Shown here piece by piece: positions 23,615-35,586 of a stretch of 45,896 nt of DNA. Under the pieces are notes generated by a model. That model was not told the DNA's origin and searched no databases. It saw nothing but the letters and a program-made list of their open reading frames with translations. Within the stretch, counting starts at the first letter, position 1; every line of letters begins with the position of its first letter. Source of the DNA: Octopus bimaculoides (lineage: Eukaryota); assembly GCF_001194135.2 (NCBI RefSeq), contig NC_069003.1, positions 27,513,533 through 27,559,428 of the forward strand. Reading direction: 5' to 3'. A program made the translations under genes and the position numbers.

Positions 23615-24744
23615 CTGGGGAGGAAAAACCTTAATGAAAAACAGAGGAAAAAAAAACCCCATTTAACACGGCACATGAACAGTGATGTAGAATGAAATTA
23701 TCTCTGTCTGGTGCAGATCTGTAGCTATAGGTTTAAGGGGAAATTGTAAAAAATGTGATAAATTCAAGAAATGTAAGATATAAAGGATTCGAGTGACAGA
23801 ACTGGGAAATGTAAACAAGGATAGTATTTTGTGATNNNNNNNNNNNNNNNNNNNNNNNNNNNNNNNNNNNNNNNNNNNNNNNNNNNNNNNNNNNNNNNNN
23901 NNNNNNNNNNNNNNNNNNNNNNNNNNNNNNNNNNNNNNNNNNNNNNNNNNNNNNNNNNNNNNNNNNNNNNNNNNNNNNNNNNNNNNNNNNNNNNNNNNNN
24001 NNNNNNNNNNNNNNNNNNNNNNNNNNNNNNNNNNNNNNNNNNNNNNNNNNNNNNNNNNNNNNNNNNNNNNNNNNNNNNNNNNNNNNNNNNNNNNNNNNNN
24101 NNNNNNNNNNNNNNNNNNNNNNNNNNNNNNNNNNNNNNNNNNNNNNNNNNNNNNNNNNNNNNNNNNNNNNNNNNNNNNNNNNNNNNNNNNNNNNNNNNNN
24201 NNNNNNNNNNNNNNNNNNNNNNNNNNNNNNNNNNNNNNNNNNNNNNNTATATATATATATATATATATATGGGTGTTTGAAAAGGTTTAACGAAAGCGCT
24301 CACACACTAGAAAAAAAACTTCTTCCCCCAAAAGGTTAGTAACATCCTCATAAAAGATTTCATGACATTTTAAATAAAAAAATCACCTTTACACTTCAAA
24401 AACTGTTTTATGTAATCCTCATAGACTTGTATACTTATATACTCTCCCTTTCTAAATATGTATATATGTATATAAATATAAATAGAAAGATTTAGATTAA
24501 TACATTCATCTATGTATATATATATGTATATAAACATATGTCGGTATATTTATATAAATATGGATATATATTTGTATATATAGATGAAATTATATACATA
24601 TAGTTATATGTATATGTTATATGTATATGTATATGTACATATCTATATATGTGTATATATGCTACATATGCATATATATAAAGACATACAGAAAAAGATA
24701 TATATATATATATATATGTATGTATATACATGGGGTCGATTTCT

Positions 24745-25200
24745 GTGACTAAAAAAACTCTTCAAGCTGGTACCCCAGACTGTCCTGAAATAAACATAGA
24801 GAACACCACCACTGTTATTGAATACATACACAAACATCAACACAAAGAATATTGGGGGGAACATTCCCATCGAAACGCCTACCAAGAACCAACAAAACAA
24901 ACCAGAAATAGTTGTTTAGGACAAACAAGAAACAACGAGTACCGTCATAGTGGTCAGATGTACTATTGATGTGAATGTCTCTTCGAAAATCAAAAAGAAA
25001 GAGAACAAACACAGACAACTGCTTCGAAACCTGCAGCTTTCCAGATTATAAAATCACGTTTATATCAATAATAAATGGTAGATTTGGTTTTGTGGGTGAA
25101 CGTCTAAGTGACAACCTGGATAGGCTAGTGCTTTCAGGAAAACAAATCAACCACGTAACACGGGCATTGATTGTAAAAACAGGTAAGACTTTTCGAAAGT
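24745..25200 (+). mobile_element. Decayed RLE-type (R4/NeSL-like) non-LTR retrotransposon C-terminus
   Basis: W(G)NIPIETPTKNQQNKPEIVV*DKQ..VIVVRCTIDVNVSSKIKKKENKHRQLLRNLQL/PDYKITFISIINGRFGFV fits PD(I/L)VV.D..E..CP.D.N..K.EK..Y..PIIVG.LG. Confidence 0.7.
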
Positions 25201-25829
25201 TAAAAATGTGTTTGTTTTGTTATCTCTATTCCAACAATGGAGGTTTGTATGCTTGTCAGAAACTAGCTCCTTCCTTTCAAAAACTCTTCAAATAATTTAG
25301 AATATAAAAGGACATACATACATATATATATATATGTTGCTATGCACACACAAACAAGAATTAGATCCCCTTGAAATTACTTCATGCATAAAGACTAATA
25401 TTTAAAAGGAGATGGCTCGAAACACTTTATATACGCAATGCAGTATATATATATATATATATATATATNNNNNNNNNNNNNNNNNNNNNNNNNNNNNNNN
25501 NNNNNNNNNNNNNNNNNNNNNNNNNNNNNNNNNNNNNNNNNNNNNNNNNNNNNNNNNNNNNNNNNNNNNNNNNNNNNNNNNNNNNNNNNNNNNNNNNNNN
25601 NNNNNNNNNNNNNNNNNNNNNNNNNNNNNNNNNNNNNNNNNNNNNNNNNNNNNNNNNNNNNNNNNNNNNNNNNNNNNNNNNNNNNNNATATATATATATA
25701 TATACTAACGCACATATATACAGTTTTATGTACGTATTCATAGACATGCCATTGCATACAGGAAGTTACATATTAAAATGGGAATAGAGTGTTACGCCTG
25801 AACAATATTATAAGTATTTGAATTTTGAC

Positions 25830-26100
25830 AGGAAATACGACAGGGAATTATTTATGGACTAAATCCCCACTTAAGAAAGCATAGTTCAAGACTAGAGCAG
25901 AGAACAATGTTCAATCATTTCCGACATTGACTAGTAAAAAGATGTGTCATTTATAGAAGTTCTCTTGCTCATTACGGAAACGAAATACGCAGACGATATC
26001 TGTAAAAACTTTTAGTTCAGCAGAGAATGTCAAATGTTAACCCATCGAAATAGCAGACTGAAAGATCAATATTGAAACTGAAAAAAAGTAGAAAGTAAAT
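25830..26100 (+). mobile_element. Highly decayed RTE-like reverse-transcriptase fragment
   Basis: IRQG (~25845), ITETKYADDIC (~25973-26005), then an LKINI.TE-like stretch; correct RT motif order. Confidence 0.55.
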
Positions 26101-27002
26101 CAATGAAATTTTCGTTTCTCTCATTATTTGTCGAAGACGTATTTGTGATTTACACTTGTGAACCTTTGTCTCAATTCATTTCGTTATATTTTCTTTTCTT
26201 GTTTGCACGAGACAGAGAAGAAACGTAAGACATGGCAGATAATTAATTCACAAATGAAATTGCGTTAGATGAACATTAAATAAAAGTATTAAAGTGTAAA
26301 TAACACAAGAGAGATGTAAATTCAATAATAAACAACCAAACAAACGAAATGCTCATTAAAGAAATAGTTTTGCTGAAGCAGAAAATAAAACACAAGTCAG
26401 ATTAATAACAAATACGCAGAAAAATAGGATTCTGCTTATATACGTTTAATAGGATGATTTGTTAGAAATATATAAAGAACGTGTGAGAAAATGGGTTGTA
26501 GTCAATACTATGAGAGAGAGACTTAAGGAGAAACACTAGTGCTGTCAACACCGTAAGATGATACAGTTTATGTCTATAAAACATTAGACTAGAATACTGC
26601 TGCGTATTAAATGCACGTCTAAAAGAAAATCTATCCAAGCCACTCACACCTATGCACATTCATACATGTGCATATGCATGTGCGCATGTATGTTATCAAT
26701 CAGTTTCATTTCTGTATTTCTTGTCCATAAAGAAAGAGCCGGACTCTAACATAGATTCAATGCTCCTTCATTGGAACTTTTATCAACATCATCTAGGTAT
26801 TTGTGCATATGTGTGTGTGTGTGTGCAGTATTTGGTGTTAGTGTATGCGCAGATTTGTATGTTTGTTTTATGGATGCGTTTTTATGTCTAGATGCATGCA
26901 TATGTATTTATGTGCTAAATTTTTGGAAAGTTTTACATATCTTTACAGTTCCATTGATGGCTTTATGTATGTGTGTGTGTATGTATGTATGTATGTATGC
27001 AT

Positions 27003-27205
27003 GTTCTCAGGGAGGTCCGGCGTGACACAGAATGTGACAAGGCTGGCCCCTTTTTGAATGACAGGTACTACTCATTTTTGCCAGTTGAGTGAACTGGAGC
27101 AACGTGAGATAAAGTGTCTTGCTCAAGGACACAACGCACAGCCAGGAATCGAACTCCCGACCTCACAACCGTGAGCCGAATACCTTAGCCACTAAGCCAC
27201 GCATC
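27003..27205 (-). mobile_element. tRNA-derived SINE family C with CORE-like block, sharing its 3' region with family B
   Basis: Reverse complement: TGCGTGGCTTAGTGGCTAAG...GTTCGATTCC...GTGTCCTTGAGCAAGACACTTTATCTC...CCAGCCTTGTCACATTCTGTGTCACG. Confidence 0.8.
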
Positions 27206-27369
27206 TTCCCCCCCCTCTCTCTCTACACACACACACATAGAGAGAGAGGTAATTTATAGAGGGGGGTACCTTATGAGCACTCAGGTATAGTCAGTTCGTT
27301 TCGAACGTATAACCTAGTTATGCTGTATAATTAACTGTAAAAATAAAAAAAATAATAAGTTTTCTGTTT

Positions 27370-27560
27370 ATATAATCGACTGGCCCTTTCCCCCCAAATT
27401 TCGGGCCTTGTGCCTAGAGTAAAAAAGAATATCTTATGTCTTTACGTTCTGAGTTCAAAAATCCGCCGAGGTCGATTTTGCCTTTCATCCTTTCGGGGTC
27501 GATCTAATCGACTGGCCTCCTCTCTCCAAATTGCGGGCCTTGTGCCTAGAGTAGTAAAAA
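27370..27560 (+). mobile_element. SINE family A 3' fragment plus an internally deleted copy
   Basis: TAATCGACTGGCC...GCCTTGTGCCTAGAGTA occurs twice; the second copy has the B box and core. Confidence 0.8.
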
Positions 27561-28026
27561 TTATGTATGTATGTATGTATTTTTGTTCACTTTGTGTTTC
27601 GGTAATTTAAGAAACCTTATTTATTTTGATCTTATTTTATGTTTTCGCCTTTTGATTTATGCTCGGACATTTATTGCATTTACCGTATAAATAGTTAATT
27701 ACCAGTACTCATCTGTTACTAAGTTTTTAAACTACAATGCTCGGAATCCTGTGTAACTCTTTCCGTGCGCATAAGCATACATAAGTAAGCATACAGAAAC
27801 TACAGACACAGATAGTAGCACATAAAAACAAGACACACACTATCTCTCTCTCTCTCACATGCAGTCATTACCTACTCTCTTCTTACCACAGTTATGTGCT
27901 TCCTCCTTTCAACTTTAAGCGACCATTCGTTTTTCATATAACGATATGAGTCGCGTTCAAAATTCGTAGCCTGTCAACCACCATAAAAAGAATAGACTTC
28001 TACGCTCTAACAATACCCTGTTCATA

Positions 28027-28237
28027 TTGGTTTCAAATTCTGGCACAGGGCCAGTAATTTTGGGGAAAAGAAATAAGTTGATTACATCGACTCCATTGCT
28101 CAGCACGCACTTATTTTATCGACTCCGAAAGGACGAAAGGCAAAGTCAACATCAGCGGAATTTGAACTCAGAACGTAAAGACGAACGAAATACCGCTAAG
28201 CATTTTGCCCGGCGTGTTAACGATCCTGCCAGCTCGT
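28027..28237 (-). mobile_element. SINE family A, near full length
   Basis: GGAATTTGAACTCAGAACGTAAAGAC...GCTAAGCATTTTGCCCGGCGTGTTAACGAT is the reverse complement of the head and B box. Confidence 0.85.
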
Positions 28238-28675
28238 TGTTTTTAAACACTGTTCATATTGAAAAATCTTAACCGTTTTCATAATACCTAATTACGTTCC
28301 ATACGTGAGGGGGAGTTCTCTGTAAAGTAACACAAAAATTATTTAGCGAACTTTAATAAAGTATTCGAATTAGATTAGAATGCCAAACACGAATCACGTC
28401 TTGCCGGAAGTTCACTACTTTATCAACCCACCGGAAGTTCGCAAGATGATGTCTCACAAACTCGGGAATAACCAACAGCTATGGGAGTTACTTCTACGAG
28501 ACAGTTACATCTAAAGATTGCCTACGGATATGAAACTTTAATTAACACAAGGTAAAATGAATGAAATTATACCGAAAACTAGATTTCTCTTCCTACCTTA
28601 TCAAATTATTTTCCTTTTATTTCACAAGTTTTTCATTAGGTGTTTTCTTCCATCCTTCCCACTTATGTGATATAT

Positions 28676-28835
28676 GCTCGTGTAGTAAGTATCTGGCTTC
28701 CCAACCACATGGTTCTGGGTTCAATCCGTGTTCAGTCCTGCTGTGTAGAACTTTTGCTAAGTGTCTTCTATAGCTTCGGGCCGACCAAAACCTTAAGTTT
28801 ATTTGATAGACGGAAACTGAAAAGAAGCCCGTCGT

Positions 28836-28895
<60 letters not shown>

Positions 28896-29100
28896 GTGTG
28901 TGTGTGTGTATATACTTATATATATATATGTATGTGTGTGTATATACTTATATATGTGTGTGTATATACTTATATATATATATGTATGTGTGTGTATATA
29001 CTTATATATGTGTATGTATATACTTATATATATATATATGTATATGTATGTGTGTGTGTGTGTGTTTGTCCCCACTAAAACTTGACAACAAATTAGCGGT
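28676..29100 (+). mobile_element. SINE family D with expanded internal microsatellite
   Basis: Head to GAAAAGAAGCCCGTCGT (28835), ~230 bp of TA/TG repeats, then GTTTGTCCCCAC...TTGACAAC. Confidence 0.75.
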
Positions 29101-29172
29101 TTGTCTAAAGAACCGTTATCGGAACTGCGTTCTTTTTTTCTTTTATTTCATGAAGGACCCCCTTCGGTCATA

Positions 29173-29267
29173 AAGTGTTTTACTCAAGAACACAAGACAC
29201 AGCCCAGTCTGGGATTCGACCTCATGATTGTGAGCCCGACACTCTAACCACTGACCCATGAGCCTTC
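29173..29267 (-). mobile_element. SINE family C head fragment
   Basis: Reverse complement: GAAGGCTCATGGGTCAGTGGTTAGAGTG...GTCGAATCCCAG...GTTCTTGAGTAAAACACTT. Confidence 0.7.
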
Positions 29268-29305
29268 ACACACACACACACACACACACACGTATATATG
29301 TGTGC

Positions 29306-29339
<34 letters not shown>

Positions 29340-29381
29340 CATACACATATATATAACATACACACACACAAATATATACAT

Positions 29382-29415
<34 letters not shown>

Positions 29416-29546
29416 GCATACGTATATATATACATACATATAATTATACATACATACATGTATATAAATATATATGCATGCATATAAATATACATACATA
29501 TATATGAATATATGTATATATATATATATATATATANNNNNNNNNN

Positions 29547-29584
<38 letters not shown>

Positions 29585-30942
29585 TGAGGGAGAGATTGGG
29601 GTGGGGTGGGATTGAGTGATGTCTGTTCTAAAAGTGCTGTAGTGTATGTTAGCAGAATTGATGTTCCTTGAGTAGAGAAATATATTTCAGCTTGAGTGAC
29701 ACAAGGAGGTGCTGCTGAGGCGGCGTTGGAGGCGATGGTGAAAAATCGATAATGCAATCAATTCGATGAATATCGAATTGATTTCTCTTATTTTAGCTAC
29801 AAACACACATGGTAACAATTCATTACCAACTGGCAGTGAGTTATGGACACTGTGTTGCGTTCTTTTCTCTTTGTGCGAGCCTATCTGTTTATGTAGGTCT
29901 ATGTGTATGCATATGCATGTGTATGCGTACGTGTGTGTGTATGTATGTCTATATGTATGCGTATGTTGGACTGTGTATGCGTATGTGTGGATGTATGAAT
30001 ATGTGTGTGTATTTTCATGCGTGTACGTATGAGTATATATTTTTTATGTCTGTGTATGTGTGTATATGTATGTGTTTTTTTCTGCTTTTCAGTATATATA
30101 TTTTTGTATTTTTGTTCTTGTGCGTATTCCTTTGTGTGTGTGTGTGTGTGCGCTTGTTTGTGTGCTTATGTGTCTGTTTGTTTCTGTATATATTTGTGTG
30201 TGTGTATTTTTATGTATTAAAATGTCTCTCGTTATACGTACAAGCGTGCGTGGGCGCGTGCGTGTACGTATTTATGTGTTATTTTCTTAGTTTAACTGGT
30301 GTATGCTTTATATTGGTAGTAATTGTATGTTATTGTGTTTATGTTCTGTTGTAACTATTTGTTATTACAATTATTCTTGTTAATACTGTTGTTGCTTTTG
30401 TTCTTGTTGTGGCTCTGTAACCACAGTCAGTCTTGCTTGAGCTGATCTATGACACAAAAGTTGCCAATCGAACATTGAAGAAAAAAGCCACAGGTTGAGG
30501 TCAATACCTTTCACCTTTGTGTGCCCACACCGAGGTGGTCGAACCAGTGAAGACATAAATATCATAGCTATGAATAGACAGGAATGATAGGCTTTTTAGC
30601 TGATTGTCTGAAAACCCTTTCAATTTGGTAATCACTTCTCTAAGAACATCGGTTAAAGGATTTAGAACTTTATAAAACATGCTGTCACAACGTAGTCATA
30701 AAGCTAGCTGACACAATGCCTTAAAGATTACACTGGTAACAAAGTTTTTTACTTACTTATTTTTTTGTCTTTGGCCAGTAAGTGCTATTTCCTATTTGCT
30801 TCTATCTAGAAATCAAAGGAAATGACGACTATTCCCTTCAAACTTTGCTTTTGTGACCTGGACAGCAATGTTTTCAAACTGACCTATTTTCCATTACATC
30901 TCAGACGGATTCAGTACTGAGTTGCAGAAGCAGAAATATCGT

Positions 30943-31082
30943 TATAGCAAGTATTCTGCTCAACACCACAGATTTGCTTGTCAGTTGCTTGACCTTAACA
31001 CTCGAGCACGTCCTTTAGAAGCTGACAATATGTGCATCTCTGATCATGAGCAGAAGTAGCAGGGAAGCATCATAGCCATGTG
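30943..31082 (+). mobile_element. Family E fragment
   Basis: Reverse complement of part of 5330-5470. Confidence 0.75.
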
Positions 31083-31250
31083 CTAGGAGGTTTTTTTTTT
31101 TTTTTGAATTAATGTAACAAAAACAAAATTTGAAGGGAACAGCATTTTTTATGCTTTCTAAGGGTAAGCAAATAAAAAATAACAGTTTCTACCCAAAGAC
31201 ATAAATCGAGTTACACAGTATTATAATAAGGTTTAAGACCATATAATGAA

Positions 31251-31422
31251 CAGTGTTCCGTAACCGTTTTTCACTTGCGGTACACTTATATTCTTTTCAA
31301 AATTCAGCGGCACATCTGAACTAAAAATATAAAAAATATAGGGAAAATATTATATCCGGGTTACACTGCGGAACAACTGGCATCGTTTCGTGATTCCGCG
31401 GCATACAGGTTGCGGAGCACTG
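31251..31422. mobile_element. 172-bp hAT-like MITE
   Basis: TIRs CAGTGTTCCGTAACC / GGTTGCGGAGCACTG (13/15 match); flanking 8-mers ATAATGAA and ATATAGAG (5/8, possibly a decayed TSD). Confidence 0.6.
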
Positions 31423-32348
31423 ATATAGAGTACGCAGCCTAAAGATTTAGGACAGTGGCTGCACGGCAAGGCGTCATGAAATGTAGGTCTTCAGACACAT
31501 TAGCCTTGTTTTCAAGGTGGAATTATTTTCGTTGAGAGAAAATGAGTAGATGAGTGGAGCGATTTCGTGATAGCTTCCCTACTGAGGAATAGTCAATGTG
31601 TTTCTATCTATGAGAGTAATTGTGATAGAAATACACGTCTCCATTATATACACTTGCGTATTTAATTCCTTATTGTGTTGAAATCTATAAAGTGACAAAA
31701 GGAAATGCAGAGTAATTGTATTAGGGATCAGATAAAAGAAGTACAACACCATTTTAATTTATTTTCAACTTCGTACATATATATTTTTTTTGATAATAGT
31801 AGTTTTCTTTTCAAAATTAAACACAGTGAATATAACAACATTAGCGTGTTCGCGATAGCTACAATTGCTTTTTCAATGATGAAATTGTAATGGATAATAC
31901 ACACATACACACAACCCCGTCCTCCACACACAACCACACTTACACGCGCACAAACACACACACACACACACACACACACAGCTTAAATTACACATATTAC
32001 TTTGTTTCTTTTTAAATTTCATATTGAGAATTTATTTTCTCGATTGTATGCACCTCGTCATCATCATCATCATCATCATCGCCATCGTTATGATCGTCGT
32101 CGACAATCATCATCATTACCATCACCTTTATCGTCATCGCGAATGTCACCGTCATCACCATGACCACCACCCCTTCGTCATAATCAACTTCCTCATCCTC
32201 AACATCATTATCAACATTACCTCCGCTCGTGTTCATTCCACTTTTCTGCTACTTTCAATCCACACACTCGGCTTTCCTTCCAGTGTTCTATTTTATTAAA
32301 ATATCTGCGCTTATACTCTTTTTGCGTTAGCTTACTTCATTCACAGTG

Positions 32349-32730
32349 GGGGATGCAATGGTTCAGTGGTTAAGGCAACGGACTCGCGGTCGTACGATCG
32401 TGATTTCGATTCCCAGACCGGGCGTTATGAGTGTTTATTGAGCGAAAATACCAAAAGCTCCACGAGGCTCCGGCAGGAGGGGGTAGTGGTGAACCTTGCT
32501 GTACACTTGCACCACAACTTTCTCGCCTTCTTTTTTCATGTTTCTGCTGTGTCTGTAGTTCAAAGGGCCGGCCTTGTCACACTCTGTGTCACGCTGAATC
32601 TCCCCGAGAACTACGTTAAGGGTACACGTGGGTGTGGAGTGCTCTGCCACTTGCACGTTAATTTCACGAGCAGGCTGTTCCGTTGATCGGGTCAACTGGA
32701 ACCTTCGTCGTCGTAACCGACGCAGCACCA
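32349..32730 (+). mobile_element. SINE family B, full length (~380 bp)
   Basis: tRNA-like head, GAGCGAAAATACCAAAAGCTCCACGAGGCTCCGGCAGG body, 3' end GTCGTAACCGACG. Confidence 0.9.
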
Positions 32731-33050
32731 CGACTACATTCACAGATAAGATGGTAAGTACTTTCGTCTCTCTCTCCCATAAATTCTACAGTTGCTCTCT
32801 GATTGAGATCTATCAATCTTTGTCTCTATCGAATTCGTCGTAATGGTTTGTCCATGAGTGGCTATAATTAGCGATTAGGTTTCTCGTTTCTAGTTTCCAT
32901 CTATCATCCGCAACCAGCGTTCTATACTTCCAGCATACACGATTTTGTTTCATGAATTGGTCGTATAATTCCTTCTCTTTCCTGCTGCTTGTTTTGTTTT
33001 TTCGTTTACCTGTTCTTGAATTCTCTTAAACTTTACTATTTACTATCATG

Positions 33051-33245
33051 TTAAGACGGCGAGCTTGTATAATCGATAACACGCCGGGCAAATTACTTAC
33101 CGTCGATTCGCCCGTCTTCACAGTCCAGAATTCAAATTCCGCCGAAGTAACATTCAGCACTGAAATCGATGTAATCAACTTACCCACTCCCCCGAAATTG
33201 CTGGTCTTGTGCCAAAATTTAAAATCATATTATTATTATTATTAT
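33051..33245 (+). mobile_element. SINE family A with internal deletion, (ATT)n tail
   Basis: AAGACGGCGAGC head, AATTCAAATTCCGCCGA, tail CTTGTGCCAAAATTTAAAATCATATTATT. Confidence 0.8.
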
Positions 33246-33263
33246 CATTGATGTTGCTGTTGT

Positions 33264-33302
<39 letters not shown>

Positions 33303-33306
33303 AAGT

Positions 33307-33686
33307 TTGTTGTTGTTGGCACTCCGCCGCTTACGACGTCGAGGGTTCCAGTTGATCCGATCAACGGAACAGCCTGTTCGTGAAATTAACGTGCAAGTGG
33401 CTGAGCACTCCACAGACACGTGTACCCTTAACGTCGTTCTCAGGGATATTCAGCGTGACACAGTGTGACAAGGCTGGACCTTTGAAATACAGGTACAACA
33501 GAAACAGGAAGTAAGAGTGAAAGTTGTGGTGAAAGAGTACAGCAGGGTTCGCCACCATCCCCTGCCGGAGCCTCGTGGAGCTTTAGGTGTTTTCGCTCAA
33601 TAAACACTCACAACGCCCGGTCTGGGAATCGAAACCGCGATCCTATGACCGCAAGTTCGCTGCCCTAACTACTGGACCATTGCGGC
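33307..33686 (-). mobile_element. SINE family B, full length, (CAA)n tail
   Basis: Reverse complement aligns end to end with 32349-32730 and ends GGAGTGCCAACAACAACAA. Confidence 0.9.
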
Positions 33687-33763
33687 TACTCTAGTAGTAG
33701 TATCTTAAACTCAGACATACACACACATACTCTCTCTCTATCTCTTTCTCTCTCTCTCTCTTT

Positions 33764-33794
<31 letters not shown>

Positions 33795-34799
33795 ACACAC
33801 ATGCACTCACATACATATCTTACAACTGTCTGCGGTTGCTTCTCGTTCACTTTCCTTTTAGACGTTCATGACAATTGAAAAGGTTTTTGAGGGGGAAAGA
33901 CAATACCTGTAGCTTTCTCAGAAATACACTTTATTGCAGCTAAACTATTTCCATTTGGAACTAACAGCATATTACGATTCCAGAAACTGTGTATCTTGAA
34001 AACTAGAACAAAATATATTTCTTTCCTCCCTTTGAAACAAACAACGGAAAAAAATTAAATATTTTGCATGAAGAATTTTATATCTTCGATAATGGACATT
34101 TGAACATTATTGCTATTATTTCTTACATTTTAACATATGTTAGTAATAAATGTTATATTTCAATTTTATATTTCAACTAGTGACCTCCTTTTCTTTTACG
34201 TACGATTTTGTTCTGGTTTTGTCCTCTGTTTTATGAGTGTTTAGTGTTTAGGCAGCTCTTTTCAACGTTTGATTGTTCAAATATCTATTGCGCTTTATTA
34301 TAGCACACGTTATATTGTTACAATCATAAATACATACATACGTACGTACACATAAATATACATACGTACGTATATACATACATAGATACGTATGTGCACA
34401 CGCACATACGCACAAACTCACGCACACACACACACACACACACACAAGCGGTGGAATCTGAGAAAACGAGAGGTGATCTGTGGCGAGCAAATAGATGTAA
34501 AAAGGTCAGAAATTGGAATAAATCACGTTGCTATCATCAAAAGATAATCTCGTCAAATTTAGAAACAGTTTATACGTATGTATGTGCAGGCACACACACA
34601 CACACACACACAGACACAGAACACAGACACACACACAGACACGCGCACACACACAGACACACACACCGGACGTGATTGACTTCAGAATAAAACTGGATAT
34701 ATACATTTCTGTTCCTCTAATTATATATATATGTATATATATATATATCGCGAGATCATGGTTTCGAGATCGCACGATCGTGGTTTCTATTCACACATA

Positions 34800-34853
<54 letters not shown>

Positions 34854-35432
34854 GAGAGAGAGAGAGGGTGATAAACTGAATATTAATTCAATTTAAAACC
34901 AAGTGGCCTAGCATATAAANNNNNNNNNNAGTGGCCTAGCATATAAAAAATCTGAAAATTCAGAAAAATTGTATTACATGTGTATAAGAATGGATGACCC
35001 CTTACACATGTAATATATATCATGGACTCTCCCATCGTTAGACATTGCCGAACAACTACACAGAGGATTTGTTTATGGTGATCAAATGTTTGTGTACACA
35101 TAAGCTCAATTCTTCCACATAATCGACTTTACCTGTACAGGTGCATCGTATGCCACATGTCAGATGACAAAATAATCGCAGAGTAACGTGAAATGAAATG
35201 CCCTAACCACTTGTGTATGTATGTATGTATATGTATGCTCGATTTGTAGATCTGACAGATGGCTTTTGAAGGTTTGGCTGAAGATTTGTTGTAGAGAGGT
35301 ATTGCTATGTTTACCCGCTGAAGTGTCTTTTCAGCCAACACACATCAGAACGGGGCCCTAAAGTGGTGTTGCCGATGGTGCAACGATGAAACAACGTAGC
35401 CACATATTCATGTGCTTGTTTGCATGCGTGTT

Positions 35433-35469
<37 letters not shown>

Positions 35470-35489
35470 AGGACAGGGATAGGGAAAGA

Positions 35490-35586
35490 CCTCAGTGGAA
35501 TTTGAACTCAGAACGTAAAGACAGACGTAAACGCCGCTAAGCATTTTGCCTGGCGTACTAACAATTCTGCTAGCTAGCCGCCTTAA
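35490..35586 (-). mobile_element. SINE family A, 5' half
   Basis: GGAATTTGAACTCAGAACG...CTGCTAGCTAGCCGCCTTAA. Confidence 0.8.

Noticed and set aside
28290-28560. TACGTGAGGGGGAGTTC resembling a mariner TIR
   Set aside because: No partner TIR and no transposase motif.
30520-30545. PRCG, like the MMP cysteine switch
   Set aside because: Four residues only, not followed by V/NPD, and no other MMP exons seen.
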